The position numbers and the translations under genes are program-made. Below, piece by piece: positions 21,401-31,829 of a stretch of 64,000 bases of DNA (the first letter of the stretch is position 1; each line of letters begins with the position of its first letter). A model generated the notes under the pieces. It saw only the letters and a program-made list of their open reading frames with translations. It was not told the DNA's origin and did not search any database. The stretch lies in assembly GCA_963677745.1 (NCBI GenBank), contig OY782391.1, positions 576,001 through 640,000 on the forward strand, in the 5' to 3' direction. The stretch is from Candidatus Altimarinota bacterium. Its GTDB lineage: Bacteria > Patescibacteriota > Gracilibacteria > UBA1369.

Positions 21401-21946
21401 ATGAAAAAATGGCAAAAAATAGAAACCCGGGAAGTCCAACGTTACGGAAAATTTTATCGTGTTGAAACCGACCAGGTTCTGACTCCGGGGGAAAAAGAAA
21501 CCACTTATTCAGTTGTCCGGCTTCACCCGCATTCAGTCATCATACCCCTGGATAAAAACGGCAGTATCTACATGGTTAAACAGCACCGTTACACCACGGA
21601 CCAGGTGACTTTGGAGCTCCCTATGGGCAACACCGACGGTGAAGATCCTTTGGAGGCGGCCAAACGGGAATTGGAGGAAGAAACCGGACTGACCTCCGAG
21701 CATTGGGAAAAAATCGGCCGGTTTCAGGAAGCCAACGGCATTGCCGAAATTTATGGGCATGTGTTTCTCGCCCGCGACGTCCACCCTCTTGAAAACGCCC
21801 GGAGGGATGAGCTGGACCGGGATTTGTTCGAAATTGTCACCCACACCTTTTCTGAAATTCAGAATATGATTGCCGATGGTACAATCGAAGACGCCAGCAC
21901 AATCTGTGCCATTGCCCAAGCCAGTTTCAGTCAAAAATTAAAATAA
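21401..21946 (+). CDS. NUDIX hydrolase (ADP-ribose pyrophosphatase-like)
   Basis: ELPMG...EDPLEAAKRELEEETG. Confidence 0.9.
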   Translation: MKKWQKIETREVQRYGKFYRVETDQVLTPGEKETTYSVVRLHPHSVIIPLDKNGSIYMVKQHRYTTDQVTLELPMGNTDGEDPLEAAKRELEEETGLTSEHWEKIGRFQEANGIAEIYGHVFLARDVHPLENARRDELDRDLFEIVTHTFSEIQNMIADGTIEDASTICAIAQASFSQKLK

Positions 21947-21953
21947 TTACCCG

Positions 21954-24900
21954 ATGACCAATCTCCCCGACCAGCAGGCCCCCCAACAACAAATCGCCGC
22001 TTTCCAGAAATACTACAATGCTCTCAACCCGGAACAGCGCGAAGCCGTTGATTCCATCGAAGGTCCGGTCATGACCATCGCCGGAGCTGGTACCGGCAAG
22101 ACTCAGATTCTGGCCGTACGCATCGCCAAAATTCTGCTGGAAACACAGATCGACCCTTTCAATATTCTCTGTCTGACTTTTACCGACGCCGGTGTGACAG
22201 CCATGCGTAACCGTCTGATCGAAATCATCGGCCCCACCGCCTATCACGTCAAAGTTTGTACCTTTCACAGTTTTTGCAACGAGATTATCAAGGACAATCC
22301 GGACACTTTTATCTTCAAACAGGAGGGCGAGCAGCTGGACGACCTGGAAAGAATGGAACTTTTCCAGAAAATTATCGATCAATTGGGTGTCACCAGTCCG
22401 CTGCGACCAGCCGGCGAGCCCTATACCTATCTCAAGGATCTGTCCGCCCAGATCCAGAATCTCAAAAAGGAAAATATCGATCCGGACACTTTGAATGAAC
22501 GTCTGCAGGAGCTGGAAACGTTGCTGACCGTTCTCCGCACAAACCTTCAGGAAATTATGGATGCCAAGAGAACTGTGGATGAGTCGCTGGCCGCGACGGT
22601 CAATCCTGAAAACCTTTTCCCCAAACTCGGTCTGGGATCCCCCACTGCTTTCCAGCAGCATCACCTGGATTATCTGAAAGATCTTTATCAAAACTATCTG
22701 GCCGCCCTGGGCGGCAACAAACGCCAGGACAACAGCGCGCGCGTCAAATTGCGTGACGCCCTCAAACACCTGATCCTGGACGGCCTGGACGACCTGCCCA
22801 AACAGCGTGAACTGGCGCGCGCCTACGCTTTCTACCAGCAGGCGCTTGCCGACAGCGGCCGCTATGACTACGAAGACATGATCATGATGGTGGTGCGCGC
22901 GCTGACCGGCAACGAATCCCTGCTGCGCAGATATCAGGAACTTTATCAGTACATTCTGGTCGACGAATATCAGGACACCAACAGTTCCCAGAATCTGACG
23001 GTCGATTTGCTGGGAAATTTCTTCGAAGCCCCCAATCTGTTTGTGGTGGGTGACGACGACCAGTCCATTTACAGGTTTCAGGGGGCCTCTATCGAAAATA
23101 TTATTGCCTTCCACAGCCGTTACAGCACTGAAATAAAGTTGATTACCCTAATCCGGAATTACCGCAGCCAGCAAACCATTCTGGACGCTGCCGGAGCAGT
23201 CGTATCAAACAATCGGACCCGCATTGCCACCCACCTTCCCCACATCTCCAAAACGCTGCAGAGCCACGCCTCCCATCCGGTCGGCCCGCTCAAGATTTAC
23301 AAGTACAGCACCGAACAGACCGAGATTTATGGCACCGCCAAACAGATTCAGGAGCTGATCGCCGCCGGTACCGACCCGGCCCAGATTGCCGTGCTCTACC
23401 ATAAACATCTGGAAGCACACGAGTTGACCGAGCTTCTACTGAAGCTGAACATCCCCTTTGAACTAAAAGCCGGCCAGAACATTCTGGAAGACCTCCAGAT
23501 CACCAAACTGATCACGCTGTTCCGCTTGGTTGAAAATCCCAATGAAGACGAAACTTTTTCGCAGGCCCTTTTTCTGGATTTTTTGGGTTTCAACAAACTG
23601 GACGTACTGCGTTTCTCCAACTTCTTCAGCCAGAACCGGCTGGGAGTCAGTCAGAAATACTCCTGGCTGACCGCGCTGGGCAATGACAAAATTATTCAGA
23701 GCGCCGGACTCTCTACCCCAGATAAATTCCGTCAATTCATCACCCGCCTGACCGGTTGGCGTGAGCTGGTGGCCAATGTCACCCTGCCCGAATTTTTTGT
23801 GCAGGTGCTGGAAGAATCGGGTTTTCTAAAATTCCAGATCGAACAAAAAAATCAAAACCGTCTGGAAACTCTCAACCGCATTAATTCCCTTTATAAAGAA
23901 ATCAAAAAACAGACGCGCCGCAACCACGCCCTGACCATCACCCGCTTTCTGGAACAGCTGAAAATCCGCCGGGCCCACGATTTGAAACTGATTGAAGAAC
24001 CACTGCATATCGGCAAAAGCGCCGTGCAGCTGATGACGGCGCACGGCTCCAAAGGACTGGAATTCGAATATGTTTTTCTGATTCACTGCACCAGCCGCAG
24101 CTGGGATAAAGCCGGTAAAAACGAGAAAATCAAACTGCCGCCGGGCCTGGTGAAAAGCATCATCACCGACCACCGGCTGGAAATGGAGGAAGACAACCGC
24201 CGCCTGTTCTATGTATCAATGACCCGCGCCAAAAAAGAATTACGCCTGAGCTTCGCCCGCAACCGTTTCGAAAACGGCAAAGCCAAAGAAGACATCCCCA
24301 CTCTCTACCTGAATGAAATTCCCGCGCAGTATCTGGAGGAAATTGATACTTCTCCTTACGAACAGCAGCTGCCTGATTATCTGGACCTTTTGTTCATGGG
24401 CAAACCCGCTCCCGATCTGACCACCCTGGAAACAGCTCATTTTCAGAATCTGGCCGACACCTATATACTTTCCCCCACCGCCCTCAACACCTACCTGACC
24501 TGCCCCCGCAAATTTTTCTACCAGAATCTGATTCGCCTGCCGCAGGCCAAGCGGCCTTCGGCCGCCATGGGTACCGCCATCCACAAAGCCCTGGAACTTT
24601 TCCTGAACCAATACCGGATTAAAAAAATAAATCCCGGCAAAGAATTTTTACTGCTGCATTTTCAACAGGCTCTGCAAAAAGAACTCCTTTCCGAAAAAGA
24701 TTATAAAGAAAAACTGGATTATGGCCGGGCGGTCATCACCGACTACTTCGATGCCCAGGGCGAAAGTCTGTCTTCCAATATCACCAGCGAAATCAATTTC
24801 GCCCGGGACGGCGTTAACTTGGACGGCATCCCCATCACCGGCAAAATCGACAAATTGGCCCCTGATCCCCTCAGCCCGGAAAACGGACTGATCGTGTCGG

Positions 24901-25247
24901 ACTTCAAAACCGGCAACGCCGACAACGGTCTGCGTGAAAGCAAGGAAGGCGGCGATTACTGGCGGCAGCTGGTTTTCTATAAAATTCTCTGCGACAACTC
25001 CCCCCGCTTCAAAAAAACTTTTGCCGGCAAACAGGTCACCCGCAGCCAGATTGAATTCCTGGAAAAAAGCCGCAGTACCGGCCGCCACGAAATCGCCGCC
25101 ATCGAAGTATCTCCGGCAGCGGTCGCAGAAGTTACCGAAAACATCCGCTTCGCCCACGACCAAATCCAAAAACAGCAATTCGATAAAATTGACCGCTCCG
25201 ATCCCTGCGACCGCTGCCCCTTCTACAACCTCTGCTGGGAAAACTAA
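21954..25247 (+). CDS. UvrD/PcrA-type SF1 helicase fused to a PD-(D/E)XK nuclease (AdnA/AddB-like)
   Basis: AGAGTGKT, DEYQD, GDDDQSIY, NYRS, HGSKGLEF, YVSMTRAK; nuclease GKID...DFKTG; four Cys (CPR...CDRCPFYNLC). Confidence 0.93.
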   Translation: MTNLPDQQAPQQQIAAFQKYYNALNPEQREAVDSIEGPVMTIAGAGTGKTQILAVRIAKILLETQIDPFNILCLTFTDAGVTAMRNRLIEIIGPTAYHVKVCTFHSFCNEIIKDNPDTFIFKQEGEQLDDLERMELFQKIIDQLGVTSPLRPAGEPYTYLKDLSAQIQNLKKENIDPDTLNERLQELETLLTVLRTNLQEIMDAKRTVDESLAATVNPENLFPKLGLGSPTAFQQHHLDYLKDLYQNYLAALGGNKRQDNSARVKLRDALKHLILDGLDDLPKQRELARAYAFYQQALADSGRYDYEDMIMMVVRALTGNESLLRRYQELYQYILVDEYQDTNSSQNLTVDLLGNFFEAPNLFVVGDDDQSIYRFQGASIENIIAFHSRYSTEIKLITLIRNYRSQQTILDAAGAVVSNNRTRIATHLPHISKTLQSHASHPVGPLKIYKYSTEQTEIYGTAKQIQELIAAGTDPAQIAVLYHKHLEAHELTELLLKLNIPFELKAGQNILEDLQITKLITLFRLVENPNEDETFSQALFLDFLGFNKLDVLRFSNFFSQNRLGVSQKYSWLTALGNDKIIQSAGLSTPDKFRQFITRLTGWRELVANVTLPEFFVQVLEESGFLKFQIEQKNQNRLETLNRINSLYKEIKKQTRRNHALTITRFLEQLKIRRAHDLKLIEEPLHIGKSAVQLMTAHGSKGLEFEYVFLIHCTSRSWDKAGKNEKIKLPPGLVKSIITDHRLEMEEDNRRLFYVSMTRAKKELRLSFARNRFENGKAKEDIPTLYLNEIPAQYLEEIDTSPYEQQLPDYLDLLFMGKPAPDLTTLETAHFQNLADTYILSPTALNTYLTCPRKFFYQNLIRLPQAKRPSAAMGTAIHKALELFLNQYRIKKINPGKEFLLLHFQQALQKELLSEKDYKEKLDYGRAVITDYFDAQGESLSSNITSEINFARDGVNLDGIPITGKIDKLAPDPLSPENGLIVSDFKTGNADNGLRESKEGGDYWRQLVFYKILCDNSPRFKKTFAGKQVTRSQIEFLEKSRSTGRHEIAAIEVSPAAVAEVTENIRFAHDQIQKQQFDKIDRSDPCDRCPFYNLCWEN

Positions 25248-25288
25248 AACCGCCTCCCGCTCTCAAAACAAAAACGCCACACCAATTT

Positions 25289-26161
25289 TCATTTAATTCT
25301 CCTCAGTCTGGGCCAGGTCTTAATCCTGCCGGAAGGTTGATTAAAAACAATGTGACCGTCCCCCGCCCCCTTTTCCTCCCAAAAATCCTCAACCGGCTCA
25401 AAACTGCAGGAACGGAAGTTTTCAGCAAAATGCTGGCGCATTTCATCCAGATCTTCAAAACTTTGTTTGGCACAACCAGCATCCTTTAGCTCTTCCCCGC
25501 TGAAAAACACAGTCGATCTGATATTGGAAGGATCTGCCAAGGCAATCTTCGCCCGTCGTACCAGCTGATCCTTTTTAAATCCTTTCCCCCTGTTTAAAAA
25601 CAGCATCAGATCTTCAATATCTGCCAGAACTTCATCTTTATCCAGAATTACCCGGCCACTGTCTGTATCCGTGGCATGATGCCACATCAACATTGAGTCA
25701 TCTTTTACCAGAGGGACATCCGTAGTCATCATCACATCCATAGCCGAACTTTGAGCATTTTGAACATAAGCATAACTTTTGCCACCCCGCCTTGCCACCT
25801 CATCCACGCTGTCCCTGAACATATCCATCAAAAAAGCATCACCCCCGTCACAATCAATCAAAAAGGCAATTTTAAGCCGTCCTTCACAGATTATTTCAAA
25901 CAGTTTCCTGTCTTTTTGCCTTAACCTGGAAAGTCTCGCCATTGCGGCCTTCACGTCAAACCCGGTCAGTCCCTCTTCTGTCTCCTCATCGTGCAGTTTC
26001 CACAAAGAACTAAGCGACATTGCCACCAGCGGCGCCCAAATCAATGTCGGCGTATCCTGTTCTTTTGACATTATCATGGCGGGATCCTGACATGCGAAAT
26101 CAATGGCTTTGTCCATTCCCACCACCACCTCCGCATCAAAATTTTCTTTCCCTTCAGTCAC
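25289..26161 (-). CDS. Divergent ClpP/crotonase-fold protein
   Basis: IDCDGGD, AQSSA, LMWHH and FSGEELKDAG parallel the ClpP motifs INSPGG, AASM, MIH and MxAxEAxxYG. Confidence 0.55.
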   Translation of the reverse strand: MTEGKENFDAEVVVGMDKAIDFACQDPAMIMSKEQDTPTLIWAPLVAMSLSSLWKLHDEETEEGLTGFDVKAAMARLSRLRQKDRKLFEIICEGRLKIAFLIDCDGGDAFLMDMFRDSVDEVARRGGKSYAYVQNAQSSAMDVMMTTDVPLVKDDSMLMWHHATDTDSGRVILDKDEVLADIEDLMLFLNRGKGFKKDQLVRRAKIALADPSNIRSTVFFSGEELKDAGCAKQSFEDLDEMRQHFAENFRSCSFEPVEDFWEEKGAGDGHIVFNQPSGRIKTWPRLRRIK

Positions 26162-26258
26162 AATAATAAAATTAATTTACAAGATGTTATTTAAGCACAG
26201 ATGCCCCGCCATGTCAAACACGCCGATTGCCAAAACATCTTCAGATTCAATTAAAAAA

Positions 26259-26411
26259 ATCCTTCGTGCCGGGCCGCCTCTGAAACACTAATCCCTTGGT
26301 AATCCAAGTGGGTGACCGCAACCCTTGCCCCACGGGGCCGGGTAATTTAGGCCTCCCTTAGTTTTTCAATAGTGAGAGAGTTATTTGAGACTTAATCGCG
26401 CACAAAAGACA
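26259..26411 (-). ncRNA. ssrS: Probable 6S RNA
   Basis: Terminal stem GUCUUUUGUGC/GCACGAAGGAU, central bubble, UUGAAAAACUA/UAGUGUUUCAG stem, GGGAG...CACCCACUUG motifs; followed by a U tract. Confidence 0.75.
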
Positions 26412-26416
26412 TCTGG

Positions 26417-26445
26417 ATAATAGCGTCAAATAAAGCAAAAGTCCA
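26417..26445 (-). promoter_or_regulatory. Sigma70-like promoter of the putative 6S RNA
   Basis: tggact-N17-tattat, ending about 6 nt before the RNA 5' end. Confidence 0.55.
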
Positions 26446-26584
26446 TATTGACTATTTTAATTTTAATTAATGACAGCTTCATCATTCAAGTGCTATAATA
26501 GAAAATTTGTCATCACCCGTCTGGGAGTAGCCAAGTTCTTCTACATGCTTGACCAAAAAGGACTGCTTTAAAACAGACCGGCCC

Positions 26585-27208
26585 TCACCCGCCCAGAAAA
26601 AGTACCATTTTTGTCACAACCACCAGCCAGCCGATCAGCCAGTTGAGAATCGAAAAGCCAAAATATTTGGACAGGATAAAATTATCGACAATCAGAAATA
26701 CCAGAAAATAGACACCGGCGTTGGCCAGATAATACTGATAATGATGCTGCCAGCGGCGCGGAATCAACAGCTGCAGAAATTTGGAACCGTCCAGCGGCGG
26801 CACGGGCAGGATGTTAAAGGCAAACAGCGCCACTGAAATATCGAAAATCGTTCCCAGAAAAAGAGCCAGTTCCGGATTCAGGTACTGGCTGAAATATTTA
26901 ATCGGCAAAAGCACCACCACTGCAATCAGCAGATTCATCAGCGGCCCGGCCGCCGCTACCAGTGCCTCATAGGCCAGCGGTTTTTTAAAATAAGCCCTGT
27001 TCACGGGCACCGGTTTGCCCCACCCGATACCCACCAGAAACATCAGAATAGTTCCCATCGGATCAAGATGCTTCAGGGGATTCAGCGAAACTCTGCCCTC
27101 ATGGCGGGCTGTCGGATCGCCCAGGGCACTCGCCACATAGGCATGGGCAAATTCATGAAGAGTAATTACCAGCAGCAGGGCAAAAACAATATAAAGAAAT
27201 TGCAGCAT
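26585..27208 (-). CDS. Site-2 protease, M50 family
   Basis: HEFAH, AGPLMN, FNILPVPPLDG. Confidence 0.93.
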   Translation of the reverse strand: MLQFLYIVFALLLVITLHEFAHAYVASALGDPTARHEGRVSLNPLKHLDPMGTILMFLVGIGWGKPVPVNRAYFKKPLAYEALVAAAGPLMNLLIAVVVLLPIKYFSQYLNPELALFLGTIFDISVALFAFNILPVPPLDGSKFLQLLIPRRWQHHYQYYLANAGVYFLVFLIVDNFILSKYFGFSILNWLIGWLVVVTKMVLFLGG

Positions 27209-27226
27209 AACGTCCGTTTTTAAATC

Positions 27227-28171
27227 CTAAAAAAGTTTCTTGCGCAAAAAGAATACCACCAGCGACATTGTCAGAAAAAGCGATATTACCATAACTATCT
27301 CAAAAGCCCTTTCATGTCCCTGAAAAGGCAAAACCAGATTCATTCCGTAAACACTCGCCACCAGCGTCGGCATCATCAAAATTATGGAAAAAGTAGTCAG
27401 AAACTTTACGTTGGCATTCAGTTTGTTGGAAATCAGATTGGAAAAAGTTCCGATGGTGGAATGCAAAATTTTATTATGAATCTTCACAGCTTCCAGCGCC
27501 TGCTGATTTTCATCCATCAAATCCTCGCACAAATCGGCATCTTCCTCATTGGCATGGAACTGAGGCTTCTTTGTCACCTTAAGATAAATAATATGGTTGG
27601 CCTGCAAATAACCGGAAAAGTAGGATAAAGCCTTGCCGAACTCCATCATGCCCAGAATATCTTTATCACTGGGGCTGTGCTCGAACTTTTCATGGATCCG
27701 GTTGATGCCATAAGTCAATTGTTTCAGGTAGGTCAGATAAAACTTGGAAGTGAAAAGCATCAGTTTCAGAATAAACTGGGGGCGTCTGTCAGTTTGTACG
27801 ATTTTATTAATTTTAATATTATCCAGCTTCCGTTTGAGATAATCGACCACGTCATTCTTCCCGAAATGCAGGGTCACCAGATAATCACTGTTATATAGTA
27901 TACCCAGTGGCATGGTTTTATAGACCGGTTTGACAGGATCTATCACTACCGGTGTCTGCAATACCAGAAAGTTATAATCGTCCAGTTTTTCCAGTTTCGG
28001 AACTTCCTCCGCATCATCGACGGAAACCAGTACCTCCTCAGTGATTTCAATAAAAGATTTTAATTTTTTGACGTCTTCCTCAGTGGGATCAACCACATCG
28101 ATCCAGCAGTCCCGTTGGGGTTTTTTCAATTCCACAACGGATTTCTCCCCGATTTTAAATATTTTGTACAT
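27227..28171 (-). CDS. corA: CorA family Mg transporter
   Basis: WIDVVDP and PTLVASVYGMN signature; two C-terminal TM helices. Confidence 0.92.
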   Translation of the reverse strand: MYKIFKIGEKSVVELKKPQRDCWIDVVDPTEEDVKKLKSFIEITEEVLVSVDDAEEVPKLEKLDDYNFLVLQTPVVIDPVKPVYKTMPLGILYNSDYLVTLHFGKNDVVDYLKRKLDNIKINKIVQTDRRPQFILKLMLFTSKFYLTYLKQLTYGINRIHEKFEHSPSDKDILGMMEFGKALSYFSGYLQANHIIYLKVTKKPQFHANEEDADLCEDLMDENQQALEAVKIHNKILHSTIGTFSNLISNKLNANVKFLTTFSIILMMPTLVASVYGMNLVLPFQGHERAFEIVMVISLFLTMSLVVFFLRKKLF

Positions 28172-28328
28172 ATTTTCGATAATTTCTAGTGGAATCCGAT
28201 TTTCAGCTTACGCTTTCACCTTCCGGCCTGGCAACCATACTGTAGGTCCATACCGCAAAAAAAGTTGCAATTATCGGATTTAATGCTAATATTCCCCTGC
28301 TTTAACCTGCAATTCTAACGCCACCCCT

Positions 28329-28583
28329 ATGTCAAAGGTCTGTCAGCTTTCGGGCAAAAAACAATCCACCGGCTATAATGTTTCTCATTCCAACCGCCAC
28401 ACCAAGAGAACTTTTGCCGTCAACGTAACCAAGAGATCGGTTATTGATCCTTTCAGCGGAACCAAACTGAAAATCCGCGTATCCACCCGCGCCCTGCGCA
28501 CACTCCTGAAAAACCCGGCTAAATACCGTGCGGAACTGGCTGCCCTCAGCAAAAAGCAGGCTAAAAAGACGGCCAAAAAGTAA
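28329..28583 (+). CDS. rpmB: 50S ribosomal protein L28
   Basis: MSKVCQLSGK..GYNVSHSNRHTKRTFAVN, STRALRTL. Confidence 0.96.
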   Translation: MSKVCQLSGKKQSTGYNVSHSNRHTKRTFAVNVTKRSVIDPFSGTKLKIRVSTRALRTLLKNPAKYRAELAALSKKQAKKTAKK

Positions 28584-28672
28584 ATTGCATTATTTACACT
28601 TTTACTTTAATCTGAGCCCTGCCGGTTTTGATGTGACCGTCCACGAACATCAGCCCTCAGCAAACAATCAAT

Positions 28673-28762
28673 GGAGAGATCGCATAGTGGTCGAGTGCGC
28701 CCGCTTGGAAGGCGGGTAACGTCGAAAGGCGTTCGAGGGTTCGAATCCCTCTCTCTCCGCCA
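28673..28762 (+). tRNA. tRNA-Ser(GGA)
   Basis: GGAGAGA acceptor stem, anticodon arm CCCGC-TTGGAAG-GCGGG, long variable arm, GGTTCGAATCC, encoded CCA. Confidence 0.96.
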
Positions 28763-28868
28763 TTGAGCAGTAAAAATTTCAGTATATCTATGCTGGAATT
28801 CCCCTGCTTTTTCAAAAAATTCTCAACCGGCCACCCTAAAAAAAACAAAACGTCAAAAAATAAAACCC

Positions 28869-29549
28869 ATGAAAAAAATAAAAGTCCGTCTTAATCCATA
28901 TTTACTGATCATTCTCGGAATATTTTTACTGACCCTGGTTATCGGAGCTTATTTTTCCCCCTACCTGCCGGAATTCATGCCTGTTCAATGGGGAATTACC
29001 GGGGCATCGGACCGCTACATCAGCAAAATGTACGTTCTGAGCTTCATACCGGTAATTTCTTTGGTCATGCTGATCGTCTATCTGATCATTCCCAGAATAC
29101 CGGTCATGAATACCAACCTTGATCAATTCCGCAAACAGTATGACATCTTCTGGATCGTAATGTTTGCTTTCTTCTTCTACATGTATCTACTGACCATTCT
29201 CTGGAGCCTTAATGTCGAATTCAACCTGATACAGTTACTGGCTCCCGCCTTTTCCTTAACCTTGATCATAATCGGATTCCTGATTGAGCAGTCCAGACAA
29301 AACCCGCTGATCGGCATTCAAACCCCCTGGACGGTCGGCAATGAAAAAGTTTGGGAAAAATCCCATCAACTGGGAGCCCTGATTTTCAAAATAATCAGCC
29401 TGATCCCTCTGTTCGCCATTATATTTCCGGATCAGGCAATTTGGTTTGTGCTGATCCCGGTGCTGATCATTATCGTTTACAGTCTGATTTATTTTTACCT
29501 GGTTTTTGATCAGAGCCGCAAGAAAAAAAAGAGCAGAAAAACTGCTTGA
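28869..29549 (+). CDS. SdpI/DUF1648 family membrane protein
   Basis: LPEFMPVQWG, NPLIGIQTPWTVGNEKVWEKSH; multi-TM. Confidence 0.88.
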   Translation: MKKIKVRLNPYLLIILGIFLLTLVIGAYFSPYLPEFMPVQWGITGASDRYISKMYVLSFIPVISLVMLIVYLIIPRIPVMNTNLDQFRKQYDIFWIVMFAFFFYMYLLTILWSLNVEFNLIQLLAPAFSLTLIIIGFLIEQSRQNPLIGIQTPWTVGNEKVWEKSHQLGALIFKIISLIPLFAIIFPDQAIWFVLIPVLIIIVYSLIYFYLVFDQSRKKKKSRKTA

Positions 29550-29658
29550 CCCAGCGGAAAAATCACCATAATATCCGCACGAGTGTCAGTCACCATTTTC
29601 CGGTTAATTCTCGGCAGGTGTTGGCCCCGACACTTGCCATTTGAAAGCGAGGAAAGAA

Positions 29659-30741
29659 ATGACCCCCAACGGCAACCAGCAATTACTATCCAATGGTGTC
29701 ATCAGGCTCCCCATGAGTGATTTTGCGGAGGAGATCCTGAAGGACCCCACAACCACCTTCATGACTGCCGAATGGATTGCTGTCCCTTTTCAGGACAAGA
29801 CCCCTTACGGCAGAGTCCATGTCTTGCCTTTCATGGAAGACCGGCCGCCGCTGTCCCCTCAGGACACGATGGCCTTCACCAGAAAGTTCATCGTTTTCGG
29901 AAACCAGACCGGACAGAATGGAGAACCAACCGTAAGCACGCTGGCAATTACCACTTCCCACATCGACCCGCAACTGCTGGCACTGGTCACGCAGAAGATG
30001 CAACAGTCCCGACCACATCTGCCTGCAGACCATCATTTTCGCTGGCACATGTCGGGTCCCGAACCTCCCTCCAACGGGACAGCAGGCAAGATCCACTGTT
30101 ACCTGACCCATCAGGATCTTCACCCGCTGATCATAGAACCGGACGGACTGGACGGAGATCTGGCGGATCTGCAAGTGATCTACCAGCCCGACCAGTACGT
30201 CCTGCACTTCCTGACCAAGCGCGGCACGGTCTACGAGAGCGAACTGACTCCGGCCATGCTCCGCGAACGCAAGAGTCAGTCCCGCCTGAAGGAAGCCCTC
30301 CCCTGCCGGCTGGTGTTCAAGGACGCGCGCTGTGTACTGACGGTCTACCGGCCCGAGAACGTGATTCGGATCGTTCCGTTCTATGGCACGGCACATGGCA
30401 TTGTCAGTCTGAACAACTCCCTGCTCGGAACGGAGAACCTGCCCATTCAGACCATGACCGTGGACAGCGTGGAACCGAGGATCTATTGTCTGACCGACAA
30501 CGGCCGCATCTACGGCGTCCGTACCAACAACGATTTCACGCCGAAAGCCCGTCATTCCCTGACCCTGATCGACACCATTCCTCCCGAGGAAGTGCCGGGC
30601 ACGCAACTTCTGGCCGGGCCCAACATCACCAAGGACGGCAAGCCCGCCCTGCTGATCGCTCGCTGGGAGAAAGGTCCCCAGCCCAAACTGGTGATCTATC
30701 ACCGCAAGGTGATTCCGCTGCCCAAGCCTCTGGTGCCCTGA
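29659..30741 (+). CDS. Hypothetical GC-rich orphan protein
   Basis: Own promoter-like ttgacc-N17-taatat; GAGGA upstream of the ATG; strong C/G third-position bias in this frame. Confidence 0.7.
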   Translation: MTPNGNQQLLSNGVIRLPMSDFAEEILKDPTTTFMTAEWIAVPFQDKTPYGRVHVLPFMEDRPPLSPQDTMAFTRKFIVFGNQTGQNGEPTVSTLAITTSHIDPQLLALVTQKMQQSRPHLPADHHFRWHMSGPEPPSNGTAGKIHCYLTHQDLHPLIIEPDGLDGDLADLQVIYQPDQYVLHFLTKRGTVYESELTPAMLRERKSQSRLKEALPCRLVFKDARCVLTVYRPENVIRIVPFYGTAHGIVSLNNSLLGTENLPIQTMTVDSVEPRIYCLTDNGRIYGVRTNNDFTPKARHSLTLIDTIPPEEVPGTQLLAGPNITKDGKPALLIARWEKGPQPKLVIYHRKVIPLPKPLVP

Positions 30742-30969
30742 CCGGGAATTCCGGAAGAACCGGCGGTTCAGCCGGCTTCGCGGGACCTGCGGCTTTGATC
30801 AGCCGAAGTCCCTCTTCACCCCTCGTTTTCAACCGTGCGCAAAAGCACCCCCACCGGGGTTGCCGAGCGCCTCCTACCTCCCGGCTAGCGCAAGCTACGC
30901 GGGAGTTCAGGTAAAACAATCATTTGGGGATTGCCCTGCCCCGCCTGACCAAAATTAAAACAATCACTA

Positions 30970-31762
30970 ATGATAAAATTAAAACATCTGGCGGCAACGG
31001 GACTGCTCTTTTTGATGTTACCTCTAACTGCTCTGGCCGATCTGCGATCATTCGCCATGGATGAAGCCATCCAGCTGCCGATGCCGCTGACCGACATTTC
31101 GCTTTCCCATACCAACTACCGGGCCATCGCCGTTGCTATCGACGACGAAATTATCAAAGGCTATCCCGACAACACTTTCAAACCTGATAAAGTAGTCAAC
31201 CGCGCCGAGCTGATGAAAATGGTTGCCATCGCCTATGTCCAGTTCACCCCGGGAGCGATTCTCAGCATGGTCGATGGAAGAACTCTCGAACCGGTACCCC
31301 TCTTTGATGACCCCAAATACCTGTTTCCGTGACCACGGAATGGTTTGCCCCCTACATCTGTTTTGCCAAGGAAAAAGGATGGGTGGAAGGTTATGCCGCG
31401 CACTTTCAAAGCGTTAACGCGTGGAAGCGCAAAAAATGATTCACGCCCTGCTCCTGAATGAAGAGTGGCCAACTCCGACCGATGCCGAAAAAGCCCTGCC
31501 CATGCCCAGCGATGCCGACATGAATCAATGGTATGCTCCCTATCTCCGCTTCAGCATCGTCAAGGAATTACTGGATGGACAACATGTTACCCAAAACGCC
31601 GATCAGTCCTATTATTACAAACCGGCCGACGGCATGACCCGCAAGGAAGTCGCGGAGATGATTTTCCGCACAGAGTTATACAGTCTGGAACGGCCCACCT
31701 ATGCGGAGATTTATGCCAAACAATCATTTGGGGTACAAATTAAAATTGCCCTGCCCCGCTAA
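30970..31762 (+). pseudogene. Frameshifted S-layer homology (SLH) domain gene
   Basis: Signal peptide and GYPDNTFKPDKVVNRAE; the next repeat (TEWFAPYICFAKEKGWVEGY) is in another frame; the WYAPY...MTRKEVA part is in a third frame. Confidence 0.8.
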
Positions 31763-31829
31763 AATAGCTATATTCCAAACAGACCAAAATTAAAACAACT
31801 CTTTTTTGCGTGTCTTAAGGGATTAGGCT

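Noticed and set aside
21927-23114. 395-aa antisense ORF
   Set aside because: Shadow of the helicase gene; no motifs
28172-28260. M-box riboswitch upstream of corA
   Set aside because: Too short and lacks recognisable M-box motifs
29686-30914. Two long overlapping ORFs (338 aa on -, 380 aa on +)
   Set aside because: Expected from stop-codon scarcity in GC-rich DNA; promoter, SD and codon bias favour the 29659 frame
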